Below are positions 27,075-41,031 of a stretch of DNA of 64,000 nucleotides, piece by piece; within the stretch, counting starts at the first letter, position 1; each line of letters opens with the position of its first letter. The DNA is taken from positions 77,977,351-78,041,350 of the forward strand of contig NC_068986.1 in NCBI RefSeq assembly GCF_001194135.2. The letters are read 5' to 3'. The DNA is from Octopus bimaculoides. Lineage: Eukaryota. The notes under the pieces are model-generated. The model ran no database searches and was not told the origin of the DNA. It saw only the letters and a program-made list of their open reading frames with translations. The translations under genes and the position numbers were made by a program.

Positions 27075-27729
27075 TGTATGTGTGTTGTTTGATAGGTTTT
27101 CACAATGTTTGTTTTGAAGATGTTTATGTGTCATTTGAGGTAAATTTGAAAATTTGGTTACTTTCCCTTGAAGAGGAAAAGATCACATATACGTTCCTCT
27201 ATTGACCCGATATCAAATCAATAGTTTAGTTTTGTTTTTGTTTCTGTGTTTCATAGCCAGCTAGACCAATAATTTGGGAAAAATATTCATAGTCTCTCAT
27301 CTGAAACTTTTCCAGAAATGACCATCTATCACACACACCTTCAGACATTGACTACCCCCTATGGTATTATTTCTAACATTCTTCATTAACTCTCAAAAGA
27401 TATGAAAATAAAAGAATCTTAAAGCTATAATTTGTGGATTTTTTATTATTGTTAATGAATTCCTGTGGCTTTAATAAACAAGACTACTAATTAAAGATAT
27501 CTGTTTAAAACATGTGTATGTGTATTGAATATAATTGTAACTTAGGTAGAGTATACAATAGTATTGGCAAACAGAGCTCGAAAGATTTAGCAGCAAATAA
27601 TTTTCTTTGAATAAGACAATAATTATATTTTGGACGTTTTGGCTTGTAAAAATGGGAGTTAATAAGGTTACAGAAAAGGTGTAGAAGGCTCGTCTTGTAT
27701 CTTTTGGTTTTTACTTGTTCTAATCATTA

Positions 27730-28172
27730 CACTGCAGCCATACTGGAGCACCACCTTGAAGGGTTTGTGCTGAACAAATAAATCCCTGTAGTTCTTATAC
27801 ATATTTCAGTCATTTGACTGTGGCCATGTTGGAGCATCACCTTAAAGGGTTTTAGGCAAAGAAATCGATGCCAAGACTTATTCTTTATAAGCCTAGTACT
27901 TGTTCTATCGGTCTCTTTTGCCAAACCACTAAGTTACAGGGACATGAACACACCAACATTGATTGTCAAGCGATGGTGGGGGACAAACACAGACACACAC
28001 ACACATAAACACATATACATATATATACGAAGGGCTTCTTTCAGTTTCCATCTATGAAATCCTCTCACAAGGCTATGGTCGACCCAGGGCTTGCCCAAGG
28101 TACCACAAGTGGGACTGAGCCCTGAACCATGTGGTTGGGAAGCAAACTTCTTTCCACACAGCCATGCCTGCA
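27730..28172 (-). mobile_element. Family A SINE (reverse)
   Basis: Reverse complement of the family A head and body. Confidence 0.8.
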
Positions 28173-28947
28173 CCTAGTGGTTATGGTTTTCTTTTTGAGT
28201 TTGGTATTTATTCTATTAGTCTATTTAGCTGAGCTGCTAAGTTACAGGGATATAAAAATAACTAACATCATTTGTTAAGTGATGATAGGGGACAAATGCA
28301 AAGATACACACACACACACACACACGCACAATGGTCTTCCATACAGTTTCAATCTACCAACTTCACTCATAGGGTATTGGCTAACTACAGGACTATGTGA
28401 GAAGACACTGAATCTCAAAACCACGTAGTTGCAAAGTGAGCTTTTTCGACATACTGCCATGCCAGCACCGAGATTAAAATCCATGTGGACTTAGCAGCAT
28501 GATTCTGTCCACTACTACTTAATCTGCCTTCCTCTAAATTGAAATTACTGCTATCTTACCCTTCCAATTAGAATATATAGAAATTGAATTTATGTTTGAT
28601 TCACTAGACTGTTGATTAACAGCCCAGTCAAGATGGTATTTTCTTCTTCTCCTACTCTTGTTTTTGCACACATCTACAAAATGACTTTCTAAAATGAACT
28701 TCCATTATACAGCTGAGGAGTACATTTTCATTGCACATCTTATGTGGTGTTCTCACTACATAAATAAATGAAGTTTGTACGAAACGTACGTACTGCTATA
28801 ACCTATTGAATTTTTGTTGCTTTACTTCAAATATATATANNNNNNNNNNNNNNNNNNNNNNNNNNNNNNNNNNNNNNNNNNNNNNNNNNNNNNNNNNNNN
28901 NNNNNNNNNNNNNNNNNNNNNNNNNNNNNNNNNNNNNNNNNNNNNNN

Positions 28948-28980
<33 letters not shown>

Positions 28981-29289
28981 TACGATGGGCTTCTTTCCTT
29001 TTCTCTCCAGTGAATCCACACACTAGGCTTTGGTCATTCTGAGGCTTTAGAAGAAGACACTTTCCCAAGGTACCATGCAGTGGGACTGAATCTGAAACCA
29101 TGTGGTTGGAAAGCAAACTTCTTACCACACAGCCACACCTCCTCATATATTCTTCTTAGGGTGTTCACAAGTTATTATGGTTGTGTGTGTAGACAATGGT
29201 TGCACTAAAATTTGAGTTTCCAAATCTTATAACAATTCTGGTTGTCATTGTTTTACTTAACCCATTGGTAATGCTTTCACATCGTTAGA

Positions 29290-29528
29290 GAAAAGAGGGA
29301 GAAAGAAAAGAGGGAGAGAGAAAAAGAGGGAGGGAGGAAATGAGGGAGAGAAAACTGTCCATGACATGGAGTAGAGAAAATGTAATTGTCATACTTTCAT
29401 GTGATTAGTTGAAGGGAAAGAGAAGAGGAAGGAAAAGGAGAGAGAAAAAGAGGATAAGGTGAAGAGTGAGACAGAAAGAAGGAGAAAGAGAGAGAGAAAA
29501 AAGAGAGAGAGAGAAAAAAGACGGAGAG

Positions 29529-29615
<87 letters not shown>

Positions 29616-29835
29616 TAGAGAGAGAGAGAGAGAGAAGCGTCCATGATGTGAGGTGGGGGAACATAATAATTTTAGCAGTGGGGTGATGTTCTGATAGTGA
29701 GGTTAAAGAAGGTAGAGAAAGAGGGGTGAGAGAAAGAGATAGGAGGGAGAGAAAGAGGAGAGATAGAGAAGGGAGAGAGAGAAGGGAGGGAGAGCAGGGA
29801 GAGAGAGAAGGGAGAGAGGGTGAGAGAGAGAGAGA
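29290..29835. repeat. Extended polypurine (GA-rich) tract
   Basis: Almost purely G/A on the plus strand, with a (GA)n core at 29520-29635. A second (GA)n tract lies at 16620-16740. Confidence 0.9.
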
Positions 29836-30427
29836 TGATGATGATGGTAGTGGTGGGAGCAGTGATTGGATAGTGAAAAGTGTATTTTTAAAAAAGTTGA
29901 ACTAAATTTTTTATATCACCTTTCACATAATGTATGTGCATAAGTGCAATTCCGTGAAATATTCACGCTTATTTACATGGCAGATATATGTAATTTAAGT
30001 AAAGGTTGTATATGTATGGTATATTTTATTTTTTATGAGAAAAATGGAAAAATAAGAGTAAATATTTATCTTATGAGTGCTGTGTATTAAATCTATAAAA
30101 TTGTGCATAAAGTGTACATATAAAGTTCATTAGGTAACCATAGTATTCCAATTTCTTTCACTTTCTAATGAGTAGCAGATGAGCAACAATCTTTCCATTC
30201 AGACACAGCACAGACTACACTTTCAGGTTTTTTTTGGATAAAGTTTTCAGAAATAACCCAATAGGTTTACTATTAATTCCATGAAATATTCATGGGACCC
30301 ACTAGCATTTTATAAACCTGCATTGTTATATGTACAAATCTACATTCTATAAATTAATAGATCAGTGTTCAATGAATCTAGAAGTTAGGAATTTTCAGTA
30401 TACAACTTGCTGGATACTGTAATAAAA

Positions 30428-30728
30428 CAGTGCTACTTAAAGTGGTGGTCTGCAGACCGGTGCCAGTCCATCAGCCATCAGCTGCTGGTACATGGCAAGT
30501 TTCTAGAAAAGAAAGTAACATTATAAAATGCTTATAAAATGCTTATGTAATATTGTATTATTTGCTTACAAAATAAATATAAGATAAAAAATTGTCAACT
30601 TTTATTCTATTCATTATATATATTGTTTCTGGTATAAATTAATATTACTAAGAAATATTACCGGCCTTTGGCACATTGGGGGAAAAAGAACTGTCAGTAC
30701 ACCACATCAGATAGTTTGAGAAGCACTG
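30428..30728. mobile_element. 301 bp hAT/Charlie-type MITE
   Basis: TIRs CAGTGCTACTTAAAGT / AGTTTGAGAAGCACTG. The flanking 8-mers taataaaa and gattaaaa match at 6/8, consistent with a decayed target duplication. Confidence 0.7.
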
Positions 30729-31687
30729 GATTAAAACATAAACATGTTACTTACAAGTGAAAGTGAGGAGAAAGAGAACAGCTTGTTGAGACAAGTGACA
30801 TAGAATCCCAAAGATGGCTTGATGGTTCTCTATTCCATTAAATTAAGCAAGGTGAGAAAGATGAGAGACTATCATAATGGGCAAAAGCAATATGACCTGT
30901 GTAAATCTGGGATAGGTCTGACTAAAGTTGAATTCACTCACCTATTAGTTACTATCAGCTTCAAACATTTAAAAATCTTTTGCCAGATTGATTGGTGGGA
31001 AAACTAACATGTTTCCTTTGAAGATTGCTGTTCCAGCTATAATATATCAGCCAATGTGGATTGGTTAAGTCATATTTGCATAGGCATTAGTGCCTTTTAT
31101 TGCAACACTTTTCTTTTAATGTAAATATATCAATTTGTGGTTCTAGACTGGGAAAATATGAGAGCAATGGTTCAAATCTCAGCTGGGTTCTCACTACAAG
31201 CTCAACATCAGCCCTCATTAAGCCGACCTATTATCAAAGAAATTAAAAGCATATTCATACCATTTTTGTTCAAGGCATAATGCATAATGTCTCCTTACTG
31301 TCTTATGACAGTAAGGAGACATTTAACATTTGATTACTTTTTCTAGCATGCAAAATAACCACATGATGACCTGTTGCTCTTATATTCAGGAGTGAAAATC
31401 TGATGTTACAGTTCATGCAAATATTCTAATTTGCAGAGACTACTAAGCCACATTAGAATGTATGACTGAAGGAGATTCTTTATTGGGACTAACCAAAGTT
31501 CTACATAAAAAGCACTGGTGCCACTTAAAAAGTACCCAGTGCACTCTCTAAAGTGGTTGGCATTAGGAAGAGTATCCAGCTGTAGAAACCATGCCAAAAC
31601 AGACTATGGAACCTGGTGCAGCCCCATGTCTTGCCTGCTCCTCTCAAGCCATCCAATTTATGCTAGCATGGAAAACACACATTAAAT

Positions 31688-31889
31688 GTTGCCGAAAAGT
31701 TCCTGGTTTTGAGTAAAAAAAATACAGGAGGATAAGTTAATTATGATTTTATTCAACATATTCCCCTCTCAAATTAAGACACTCATTGCAGTGGTCCTTC
31801 AGTTTTTCTAAGCTCTGTAAAAGAACTTGGAAGGTTGGGCCTCCAGGCAGGCCTTTTGGGATACCAGGAACTTTTCAGCATCTCCTCGT
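31688..31889. mobile_element. About 200 bp mariner-type MITE
   Basis: gaaaagttcctggtttt ... ccaggaacttttcagcatctcctcg. Same family as the copies at 32079 and 58770. Confidence 0.7.
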
Positions 31890-32035
31890 GTATATATATG
31901 TATATATGGTTTGTAGAAATACATAAATCTGGGGAAGAAGCACATTCTAAGATGTAGAGCAGGTGATATTATTTGGCCCTATTACAATATAGGTGTATAT
32001 CGTTTAACGTCCGCTTTCCATGCTAGCATGGGTTG

Positions 32036-32078
<43 letters not shown>

Positions 32079-32082
<4 letters not shown>

Positions 32083-32298
32083 GGATGCTGAAAAATTCCC
32101 AGCCTTGGGTAAAAGAAAATACAAGATGATCAGTTAATTAGTTAATTATAATTTTACTCAACTTATCCCTCTCTCAGATTCACACACTCATTGCAGCAAT
32201 CCTTCAGTTTTTCTAAGCGCTGTAAAAAAATTCAGAAGACTGGACCTCCAACTAGGCCTTTCATGATACCCTTAAAGCCAGGAATGTTTCAGCACTTG
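32079..32298. mobile_element. About 210 bp mariner-type MITE
   Basis: tgagggatgctgaaaaattcccagcctt ... aagccaggaatgtttcagcac, next to a (TA)n tract. Confidence 0.7.
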
Positions 32299-33333
32299 TA
32301 GAAATCATTGTCCAAAGTGCTGTGTAGTAGGATTGAACCTCAAACAACTTGGTTGCAAAACAAGCTTCTTAACCACACAACTATAGAAATTATTATATAA
32401 GATCAATTCCCAACCCCACTACAAAAATAATGCAAAAGAAAAAAAAAAGGAACCCAAATCAAAACAGAAATACAAAAGTATCAAGTCACTTGAAATTGAA
32501 TTGATACATCTTAGACATGAGAAATTTAAAAATTATTAGTGTTTCAAGTTCTTTTAAGAGGTTTCACTTTTATGAACAAAAATTAGCACTTGACACAATC
32601 TTTCACTGAAGTAAGCTTCACTGGATTAGCTGGATGGAACGCAGAATGGATACAGGTAAGGCTAAGTATGTGCATGTCAATTAGTCACGTTCAAGTAATT
32701 CACAGCAGTTGCTGATTTCATGCCCTTCTTCTGAACGAACATTGATTTCCTAGACAGGGTAGAGGCACAGACAGGCATATGGCTTTGTGGTTATGAAGAT
32801 TATTTCACAATCATGTGGTTTTGGCCTCTTCAGTCCTACTGCACAGCAACAGCTTGGACAGTGCTTTCTACTATAGCTACTGGATGACCAATGCTTTATG
32901 GATGATTGTAGTAGACAGAAACTGTGCGAAAACTCATCACATATATAAATATTTGTATCTGTATGTCTTTGTGTTTGTCCCTCTACCCTCACTTAACAAC
33001 CAATGTTGGTTCGCTTAAATCCTTTGGATCTCTTCAGTTTGGCTCACAGAGTTTTTAATTATTTTTTTTTTAACTGAACAGTTTGAAACTTCGTTTACTG
33101 GTGTAATTTCTCATGATGAACATGGTTTACTTTCAACATTTTGGACAAAATTTCGTACTTTAGAAGTTATCTCGTGTTAAAGTTGTCGTATTTGGGTAAT
33201 TTTAACCAATCAATGATGTGTATTCAGCTGAAGAAACCTACTGCTGTTTGTGGTAGTAATCGAAGAGCGACAACTTCCAGGTCATCTCTGACAAAAAGAA
33301 AGAGTATTGGAGATAATTATTTGACTAAACCCT

Positions 33334-33563
33334 TTAACCATTTTGAAACCAACCCGGCTGAAACTGCCTCTGGCTCTGTAGTACAAATGTCTTGTTTCCA
33401 TAAGGTTTGAATTAAAATCTTCCACCAAACCTTAATCACAATTTATGTTCCTAACACCAGTTTAATGATAACTAAGTTATTTTACTAAATTCTTTGTTAT
33501 ATTGAAAATTAATTGAAAAAAATACAGAGCATTTCAGAATAAATACGGTAACAAAAGGGTTAA
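33334..33563. mobile_element. TTAA-flanked piggyBac-type MITE
   Basis: TTAAccattttgaaacc ... ggtaacaaaagggTTAA, imperfect TIRs. Confidence 0.6.
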
Positions 33564-33964
33564 AGCAGTGACTCAGACTGCAGTCCAATGCCTAAAGTAA
33601 CTAAAAGAATAAAGAGAAAATGCACAGAGAAACATATTACAATTGTATCAGTGTTTGTTTTATTAACCCTGGAGAGATGGATGAAAGGTGAAAATAAACC
33701 TTGATGAGATTTGAATTCGGAACTACAGATTGAGAAAAATGAAATTAAAATATTACAGTTGCAGGCATAGCTTTCCAGTTAAGAAGCTTGCTTTGTGACA
33801 TTGTGGTTTTGAGTTCAGTCCTATTACATGGTTCCTTGGCCAAGTGTCTTTCGCTGTAGCCCCAGGCCAACTAATATCTTGTGAGTGAATTTGTTAGACA
33901 GAAACCTTGTGGAAACTTGTTGTGTATATGTGTGTATGTGTGTGTTTGTGTATTTTTACACATT

Positions 33965-34140
33965 TTTTCCTCTCTGTTTTTTTTTCATTCTCTCTCCGTT
34001 TTTTTCCTCTTAATCCTTTCTGTCGAAGAGCATGGGCTCAAAACATAAAAGACTTTTCCATTCTTCTTGAGTGTTAAGCTAATACACCTGCTTGTTGTCC
34101 ATTTACTAGTGTTTGCCATTTGTTTACTGTAAATTTAAAC
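33965..34140 (+). mobile_element. Penelope-like pLTR fragment with decayed minimal hammerhead-like fold
   Basis: CCTTT CTGTCGAA GAGC ATGG GCTC AAAAC ATA AAAGA, followed by the family tail ctaatacacctg. Related to the copies at 34.4, 50.6, 63.0 and 63.5 kb. Confidence 0.55.
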
Positions 34141-34294
34141 TATATATATATATGTATATGTGTGTATGTGTGTGCGTGTGTTTATCTTTGTCTCTGTGTT
34201 TGTCAACCAACACCCACTGCTTGATAACTGGTGTTGGCTTGTTTACAACCCTTTTTACTTAATGATTCAGCAAAAGAGACTGGTAGATTAAATA

Positions 34295-34442
34295 TGGGAG
34301 AATGTACGAAAAAAACAACAACAGACGAGGACAGGTGGTGTAAACAACAAAAGGATGTATTAGTATGATGCTCGGGAATATGGAAAGTCTTTAACGTTTC
34401 GAGCTACGTTCTTCAACAGAAAGAATACGGAGAAAACAAGAT
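34295..34442 (-). mobile_element. Penelope-like pLTR fragment with the best-preserved minimal hammerhead-like fold (34388-34424)
   Basis: Minus strand reads TCTTT CTGTTGAA GAAC GTA GCTC GAAAC GTT AAAGA. Inverted relative to the copy at 33965. Confidence 0.6.
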
Positions 34443-35339
34443 AGATTAAATAGCTGACTTAAAAAACAAAAACAAAACTTAAGTACTGGGGTCTCTTTGT
34501 CTGACCAAAACCCTTGAAAGTGGTGCCCCAGCATGGCTGCAATCCAAAATGATAAAAGCTAAGAGATAATAATGTATTTGATATGTGAAACACTATAAGG
34601 AAATTGTTTCTCAAAAATTCTATGATAAAATTAATGAACATTATTTACGTTTGACAAATATCTGTCAAATGTAAATAATGGAAATAATGTACATAATTCC
34701 TCATCTCTTAAATATAGAACTGTAAAATTAATGAGTTTGGATATGATTATATACCATGGGGAGAAGAGAAAATGGACTTCCTTTTTCTTATCACTCAGTG
34801 GAGCATTGCCCATGTTTTTTTTCCCCTCTGGGTTTCTAAGACTGGTAGCAGTGAAGTAGAAGCTATCATTAAACAAGGTGACCTTGCCTGAATGCAAAAT
34901 AGTGAATTTTGCCAAAGATGCTTAAAGACCAGGTGGCAGTATTAAACTGGGCATCTGATTTATGCTTATACCCTTATGCTAGTTCACCAGCTGAGTACCA
35001 CTGGTACTTTATTTATCAACTCTTGGAAGGATGAAAAACAAAGTAATTCAGTTTGGTTAGATTTGAAGTCAGAAACCAAAGAGCTGGAATAAATACTGCA
35101 AGGCATTTTTATCTGATACTATAATGATTCTTCCAATTCAATGCTTAGAAATGACAAAGGCCTCCATACATACATTATGTATGTATGTATGTATGTATGT
35201 ATGTATGAATGTATGTATGTATGTATGTATGTATGTACTTATGTACGTATGTATGTATGTATATACATACATATATATACACACATACATATATATGTAT
35301 GTATATATATATATATATACATACACACACATATACATA

Positions 35340-35402
<63 letters not shown>

Positions 35403-35967
35403 ATGTATATATATGTGTGTATGTGTATATATATGCATACACACATATAATTCATAATTCTGTGTGTTGGCGTGTTCTTCCCTTCTTTACAAAGTTTTAT
35501 TCAACTAGCTCTATAAGTACGAATGACAAGGTCATTTTATTTGACAAACTTGCCTCCTTGATGACTTAAGTATAATCCCTGCAAAGCTATTAACATCTCC
35601 TTTTCTGTTTATTATTTTTTATATAATTATTAATTATTATTTATATAATTTATTGGTAAAAAAAGTATTCATAATGGTCCAATTCCTGCTTATCATATCG
35701 TTTTGATTCTGAAGAGGTAATGTATATCTTTTCCCTTGCATATTAAGTTCAATGTGGCAAGTAAAATTGAGCAGCAGCTCTATTGACTCATCAAGGATGT
35801 TGCTTGGTAAAAGCAAGTTTTATTGTGGAGACAGAGTCGGTTAATTTTCTCAATGATTCATTGATTTATGTGTACAGCATTAAAGCAAACTGTATTGATC
35901 CATCAGCACTGATCTGACATCTTTTCCTTGCTCTTTGTTTAAAAAGAATCTTTACATATACATGCAT

Positions 35968-36001
<34 letters not shown>

Positions 36002-36834
36002 ATATNNNNNNNNNNTATATATTATGCATGCTTATGTATGACATTTCTTTATATATTTATACATATATAATACATATATATATATATTTACCCTATATGT
36101 ACACGTGCACTTATATGTATGTATGTGTATATATATATTTGTACTTACATACATACATACATACATACACTCACACACACATATATATATATTTATTTAT
36201 ATATATATATATATATATACATACACACACACATATATATACATACACACACACATATATATATACACACACACACATATTCTACTCATGCAGAGAAACA
36301 TAAGCGCACATAATAAACACATAAACTATACACCCACAGGCAAGTTATAAACACAGATGATACTGAAATGAGCAATTATTATTTCTTATGGTTTAAAGAG
36401 AATATTTTGAAGAAAGGAAAAGAGACAAACACAAAGATTTGTTAAAAGCATCAGTAAACTGTTTCAATGAAACTTACTTTCATAAACTCAGGACTTAATA
36501 TTACAGACTATGTATACTTTATTATGTTTCCTTTCTTTTCTATTAATAATGTCTGAATCAATGGCACTTTCTATAGAGAGGTTTCTTGTTTCTTTTACTG
36601 TGTGTGTAGTTTAACTAAGTAGTCTTAGGTTCTACAAAGTAGTTTCTTTTTATTAATATAGTAGTTAATATTTAGTACATACTGTATTTCATGACATCAT
36701 GGCTGGTTGTGATGTTAAACTGGTAGATTGATAATACTGCCCTGTTTAATACAACGATGACAACGATGGCAACCACTACCACTTCTGTCTCTACTATCAC
36801 CAGTACTACCACCCTTGGGTTGCCTTTAGTGGCA

Positions 36835-37005
36835 TCAACAATGTTTTAAGTATCGTTACTGGGTTCATTTTTGGTATTGCCACTTCGTCTGTTTTAGGTA
36901 ATGCTGCTATGTCTGTTTTGTGTGTTGCTACTAGGTCCATTTTAAGTATTGCTATTAGGTCTGGTTTAAACATTGCTACTTGGGTCATTTTAAGTATTGC
37001 TACAT
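36835..37005. repeat. Degenerate 24 bp minisatellite (about 7 units)
   Basis: Units such as gtattgctactaggtccattttaa and gtattgctattaggtctggtttaa. Confidence 0.75.
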
Positions 37006-39769
37006 GTGTTGTGCATTAGGGGAAACTAGGCAATCACCCAGGATGCTAAAATCCGAAGGTCTCACACAAATTCTGAACACCTCAGACAAAATTTCTTAAT
37101 CCTATTTTTAAAAAGAATGCATGGCAACTTAGTTATAAGGACAGCAGGCAAGGTCACTTCTAGAACAAGAATGGATGAAGTAAATCATGAGTTTCTTAAT
37201 CTAATATTTAAAAAAGTGCATGAAAACTTAGTTATAAGGAGAGCAAAATGCTGTTGCTTCATCTTCCCTTTTCTCAACCTGCTAGGAATAGCAACCTAAT
37301 TTCTCTCAAGCCACATCCTGTTATCTTTACAGCAAGAATACATTAGATAATGTGGGTATGAGTTTTTTAGACATAAAAGACTGGATAGTCATGCGTAGAA
37401 TGACGATTGATCATAGATCTGCTAAAACAATAACAACAACAACAGCTGCGGCAACAATAACAGCAACAGCAGCAACAACTTCCACTAGTCTTGGGAGCAT
37501 TGCAAAAATTGTTATAAGTGATACTATATTTTCTCTGATTAAACTGCAAAGATAATGAAACAAGAATTTGGCAATACTAGACACAATATTGTGTCCATCA
37601 TTGTTGTGTCATGTATAATTAAGTATAAGGTGTTGATGGCTCTTTGTCTTTACAGAGGTTTCTGTCAATAATGAGGAACATTGGACAAAATGTATTTCAG
37701 TATTTAGTAGCAGCTCTTTATACTTTGAGTTCAATTCTTGCAAAGCTCAGCTTCACCTTTTATCCTTCTGAAGTTGATAAATTAAGTACAGGTCAAGTAA
37801 TAAGGAAAATATAATTAGCTGTTTCTTCATTATGAATGTATAGGCTTTGTGTCAATGTACTAAATTAATATTTAGTACTATAGACCTTCTACAAATCAAT
37901 ATTTAATACTAAGTTCAATAAAGACATTTCTCTTATCATGTAGATGGATTAGAATTTGATTGAGGAGCTTTTCATTATTATCTTTAAAGATTTTTCTTTG
38001 ATATATACATTTTCCAATATTTCATTTTGTAATTTACATAATTTCTTATTACAAAATAGATTAACATTTTATTTTCAATACATAGAGAGAGCAAAGATTA
38101 AATTTTTTTAAAACTCACATGCTGAATGATAAGTATAGAATAAATGTAATCTAAAAATAAATATTCATGTTGTTTTGCTTGTCAGGTGTCTTTAATCATC
38201 ATCATTTTAATGTCCACTTTTCTATGCTGCTTGGGTAGAATTGTTGGTCACTTCATGCAATAATGTCTTTAATATTATTGTTTTAGGAAGGCCATGGACT
38301 TGACCATTCCCAGGGCCTCTGCAGATGTGTGGAAAGGAGGAAATTATTCTCTAATTGGAGGGTTGCTTTGAATGCATGCCACAGAGAAGAGATGTGAGAT
38401 GGTAAGTGTTAAATCAGATGATAGTTGAAGTCTATCAGTCATGCAGACAGTGGCAGGATTTCAGCACTTCTGAGTTTAGAGTTCAGAGAAGAGCCAGAAT
38501 GAATAGTGGAAGAATAGGAGTGAATGCTAGACAGTGGACCTTTGGATGGTAGTGCATTAGAAGAGGGTCTCATATCGATAAAAAGAAACTTTGAAAACAC
38601 CAGTGTCTCATAATATGAGTTGAAGTCCAAATATAAGGCTGACCTTTTCATTAGGAAATTTTTTTTAGTATCAGTGTAAATTACAAATGCATAAGAAAAT
38701 GGAAGTGTATCTGTACTTAAAAGAAATAAGAAATCTTTAATATAACAAAGTCATAGTCATGTACCTTATACTAAAATACTGTTTTGTTCTTTGGATTTAA
38801 ACCATTTTTTTCTCACATGAAATTTTAGAGATTTTATCAGTGAGTAGTTTCAAATTAGAATACCATCTTACATTCACTCCTATTCCAGAGCATTTTCCTT
38901 TTATTGAAATTTGTTCTTGAGTGTTGGATAAGAATAACTACAGACTGTTAAGATGCATTCAATTAAGTATCTGCATTATCAGTCCAATGATGTCTGTAGA
39001 TGCAATCTTAGCTGCAGCAAATATCCTTTTCTTCAATGCTATGGATGGACTCCTGGCATTATGTTAGTTATTCCTATGCCATCACAGACTAGCTCTATAG
39101 CCAATATATCGCCTTCTTTTATCAGCTTTTTTTTTCTGTTTATAATGTGCATTCTATATCTAAATGAATGAAAGCAATTCTCTTGCTTACACTATGTTAT
39201 AATATTTTAATTTCTACTACTTATTACCACTCAATTGCTTTCTCAAGTTTAAAACGTAAATCAAATGTATAATTTAAAAGATATTAAATGTGATAAAGTT
39301 TCTAAGCAGAAGTGAGATCATTTTCTTTGTTTAATTACAAAACAATATTGTGTTTAGTGAACTATTTATGAAGACAAATAAATCTATTTGTACATGTTTG
39401 GAAAGCAGAAGATGAAATCAGAAAAGGAAGATCTTTAAACCAGGGGAAAGAGGTGCTTTTTGTTTGTTTGCTTTGAAATATCTGGAAGAGTTCCAACCAA
39501 GGGAAAATACAGACTAATGGCAGCTGTAACTTTCTTATTGAATCAATAAACTGATTGGTCGTTAACCTGACATATCAAGTATTCACTGCCTTACTAGCAA
39601 ATCCATAGAAAATAGTTTATGTGTGTGTGAGTGTACTTTTTATACTATGGTTTCATCTAGGGCAAAGGAGCAGTATCCTTCATAGGGCTTGTAACATTGG
39701 TGCAGCTAATACAGTTAATGCTTCTCTTGAACAAAGTGCAAGTTGATGGTTGCAGGAAAAACAAGGGGA

Positions 39770-40120
39770 GGGAGGAAATTCCAAATGGGGCACCGTTCTG
39801 TGGTGGAACCACTAGACAAAGTGATCAATGCAAGGACTGGTGGTAGATGGTAGGTAAAATATGGATGATGAGAGGATGAAAGATTCTAAAGTATTTGTGT
39901 GAAGGTATGACGTATGTTCTGCTATCTCTGAAGAGTAGAGGCTACTGGAGTACCAATGAAAAAAAAGACAAAACAGAGATGGGGACTGCATATCTGTCAA
40001 TCTATCAGATGACCTTCTGGGGAATTTTAGTTCAGGTTGTTTAAAGTTTAGTAACAGTGCTGTCCTAGAAGTGGCAGCAGTATTTCATTTGAGCTTTGCA
40101 TGATGAGAGCAGCTGTTGGG
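39770..40120 (-). mobile_element. Degenerate 3' fragment of a CR1/L2-group LINE
   Basis: Minus strand gives SPSLFCLFFHWYSSSLYSSEIAE and, with a frameshift, RTVP-IWNFLP. These resemble the LINE C-terminal motifs ASLSLFYRYY..CSSELA and RTxxLWNSLP. Confidence 0.45.
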
Positions 40121-40316
40121 GGCTGAAACTTTTTCTAATACCAAATATAAAGGTGTGTGTGTGTGTTTGCATGTGTTCTAAGATGTAACTAAAATGTTTG
40201 TGATTAGGAAGAGCAATGGACTAGCACTCTGTTCATTGCGGGAATATATATGCCACACAATGCAGAGATTTGGCTTTATGAGTCTATGGCTCAGGAAGAA
40301 ATTTTGATCCTTTTTG

Positions 40317-40380
<64 letters not shown>

Positions 40381-40930
40381 GTTTGTATGTATGCATGTAC
40401 GTATGTATGTATGTATGTATGTATATATGTATGTATAGCGATCTATCTATATGTATACATGCATATACACATGTGTATATATATTTATATCATCATCATC
40501 ATCATCGTTTAACGTCCGCTTTCCATGCTGGCATGGGTTGGACGATTTGACTGAGAACTGTTGAACCAGATGGCTGCACCAGGCTCCAATCTGATCTGGC
40601 AGAGTTTCTGTATATATATGATGGATTGTCTTGTGAACAACAATTGAGGGGGTTCAGTAAAATAAAGCGGTAAACCATATTCTATGGACACAAATATATC
40701 TCTTGAGGCCTGCTGGTGCCTTGCAACTTTTTGGCAAATAGAACAAGTTGAGGACTCAGTTTACTTGAATGCTTGTGGATCATTTACTATGTGTTTTCTT
40801 GGATGGATGGCAAGACCTGCATTGCCTTGTGCAACAAAACCACAATGACACATATCTATCTGCCTGTATGTGTGTCTAGATAGATAAATAGATAGATAGG
40901 TAGATAGATAGATAGATAGATAAATAGATG

Positions 40931-40967
<37 letters not shown>

Positions 40968-40988
40968 ATAGATGGATAGATAGATAGA

Positions 40989-41031
<43 letters not shown>

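Noticed and set aside
38300-38660. Non-repetitive-looking blocks here and at 56280-56600, 59100-59300 and 62300-62750 as exons
   Set aside because: No recognisable protein family or consistent splice sites. They are more likely old LINE debris, but this could not be assigned with confidence.
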